From Octopus sinensis (Eukaryota), in assembly GCF_006345805.1 (NCBI RefSeq), contig NC_043010.1:40424001-40488000 (forward strand): a DNA stretch of 64,000 nucleotides. Reading direction: 5' to 3'. Below the pieces are notes generated by a model. That model was not told the DNA's origin. It ran no database searches and saw only the letters and a list, made by a program, of their open reading frames with translations. Positions 62,438 to 64,000 of the stretch are shown one piece after another. Numbering within the stretch: position 1 is the first letter of the stretch; the number at the start of each line of letters is the position of its first letter. Made by a program: the position numbers and the translations under genes.

Positions 62438-62921
62438 TAACCGCCCTATAAACTCTATATATACTCAACAAATACAGCAGTTATTCTATGCAGGAGTCCC
62501 TAATTTACATACCGAATATGTTTAACCGCCCTATAAACTCTATATATACTCAACAAAGGCAGCAGTTATTCTGTGCAGAAGTCCCTAATTTGCATACTGA
62601 AAATGTTTAACCGCCCAATAAACTCTCTATATGCTCAACAAATACAGCAGTTATTCTATGCAGGAGTCCCTAATTTGCATACCGAAAATGTTTAACCGCG
62701 CTAAAAACTCTATATATACTCAACAAATACAGCGGTTATTCAGTGCAGGAGTCCCTAATTTGCATATCGAAAATGTTTAGCACTTTATAAACTGTTTAAA
62801 TACTCAACAAAGGCAGCATTTATTCTATGCAGGAGTCCCTAATTTGCATACCAAAAATGTTTAACCACTTTATAAACTCTATATATACTCAACAAATACA
62901 GTAGTTATTCTATGCAGGAGT
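62438..62921. repeat. 85-bp minisatellite, about 5.7 diverged copies
   Basis: Unit starts (aacc/agca) at 62439, 62524, 62609, 62694, 62779 and 62863. Confidence 0.95.
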
Positions 62922-62979
62922 TCCTTCTCACATTATTATTGGTTTGTTTCACATTGGCATATAACACTTTCTTTGTATT

Positions 62980-63720
62980 TCACAGTTTCTCTACTGTGTT
63001 TCAGTCTGTATTTTAGTCAGAAGAAATTCTAATGTGTGTCAGAGTATAGAGACGTTTGTTCCTGTCTTTAATTATTATGATATTTAGAATCTCCACCATG
63101 ATGCCCTGTTCAATCTGAACAAGCATATCCGAGATGATATCACCCAAGCTGTTGCTATGCCTGAATAATGCATTTCGATACCTTTTCATATCCGTCTTCA
63201 CGTCGAATTATAAACATATTGCCCAACAGACATGGATGCAGATTATGTTGTTTATTTCATATCTATAATTGTTCTCAGGCATGGCGAGGATTGGACAGAG
63301 GGAAATCTGTTCCAATGTCTTATTCTATACAGATTGTATTGTTAGCACATGATAGTCATTTTATCGATTATTTTTGTAGCTCTATCCATCCTGTGCAACT
63401 AAATTCATACCTTCATCTTTTGCGATTACTCCATAGCTGTGGCTTATATTATCCTTATCAAATTTATATGATTTCTCTTCAGTATATTTTGGAATTCTTT
63501 TCCTATTCACCTTTACACATTTGTAAACTTATCAATTGTATGTTTGTACCTCATCATTTATATTATTTATCTCTTCCATGCATTTATTTTTTAGTTTGCA
63601 CTGCATTATTTTCTTATATGATATTTTTGTCAACTTTCATGAACCTCATCTCCCTAATCGGTTTCCTTTTCATGCAATCTAAGTCATTCTGTAGTCCGAT
63701 ACTGGTTACATTTTAAGCTG
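62980..63720 (-). mobile_element. Decayed CR1/L2-type LINE RT C-terminal fragment
   Basis: LQNDLDCMKRKPIREMRF (LQ.DLD...W....M.FN motif), followed by RGH-like and RNFF-like terminal motifs; many stops and frameshifts. Confidence 0.45.
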
Positions 63721-64000
63721 TTCGCTCTTTGTAATCCCTGACATCCAAGTCTACATACTGACTCTACATACTGAGAGGAGAGAATGAGTAGAAAACTATT
63801 GAGCTTCAAGGAACTGAATATGAAGGATTTTGTTATCGTTACTCAATTTATTTTCAACCTGTAAGAAGGCTTGTAGCGTTCCTTTGGTGAATGTGACGTG
63901 ACGCTACCATACCAATATGGACGTTGGCATATGACCAATAGGGAGAGGCAAATATACGTTCCAAAATATTACAGTACTAGAATATATTGTTATTGTTGGG

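Noticed and set aside
63168-63716. 182-aa plus-strand ORF
   Set aside because: Antisense to a decayed CR1-like RT, with no recognisable domain.

Overview
AT-rich eukaryotic DNA dominated by microsatellites and interspersed repeats. The tRNA-derived SINE families resemble those of octopus (OR1/OR2/OK type), so an octopod cephalopod source is inferred from recognition, not from a database search. There is one 100-N gap (4069-4168). No rRNA, intact tRNA gene, CRISPR array or intact long CDS is visible, and almost all track ORFs are microsatellite or antisense-TE artefacts. Supported content: (i) three SINE groups, namely a tRNA head with swappable tails, a CORE-like SINE with an internal microsatellite, and a Meta-domain-like SINE that forms dimers/trimers with recurrent junctions; (ii) decayed R4/Dong-type RLE LINEs sitting in (TAA)n, plus RTE, CR1 and possible L1/Tx1 fragments, a Chapaev3-like transposase end, mariner ends, MITEs and two non-autonomous Helitrons; (iii) a phase-consistent chain of five small plus-strand exons (35327-41972) giving 101 open codons of an unidentified protein; (iv) two unrelated (TA)n-flanked fold-back palindromes (8472-8910 and 37432-37580), each carrying a type I hammerhead ribozyme motif in both arms (one per strand), as expected for Penelope-like pLTR inversions, the second lying inside an intron of the candidate gene; (v) a 1006-bp apparently identical tandem duplication and 14-, 22- and 85-bp minisatellites.
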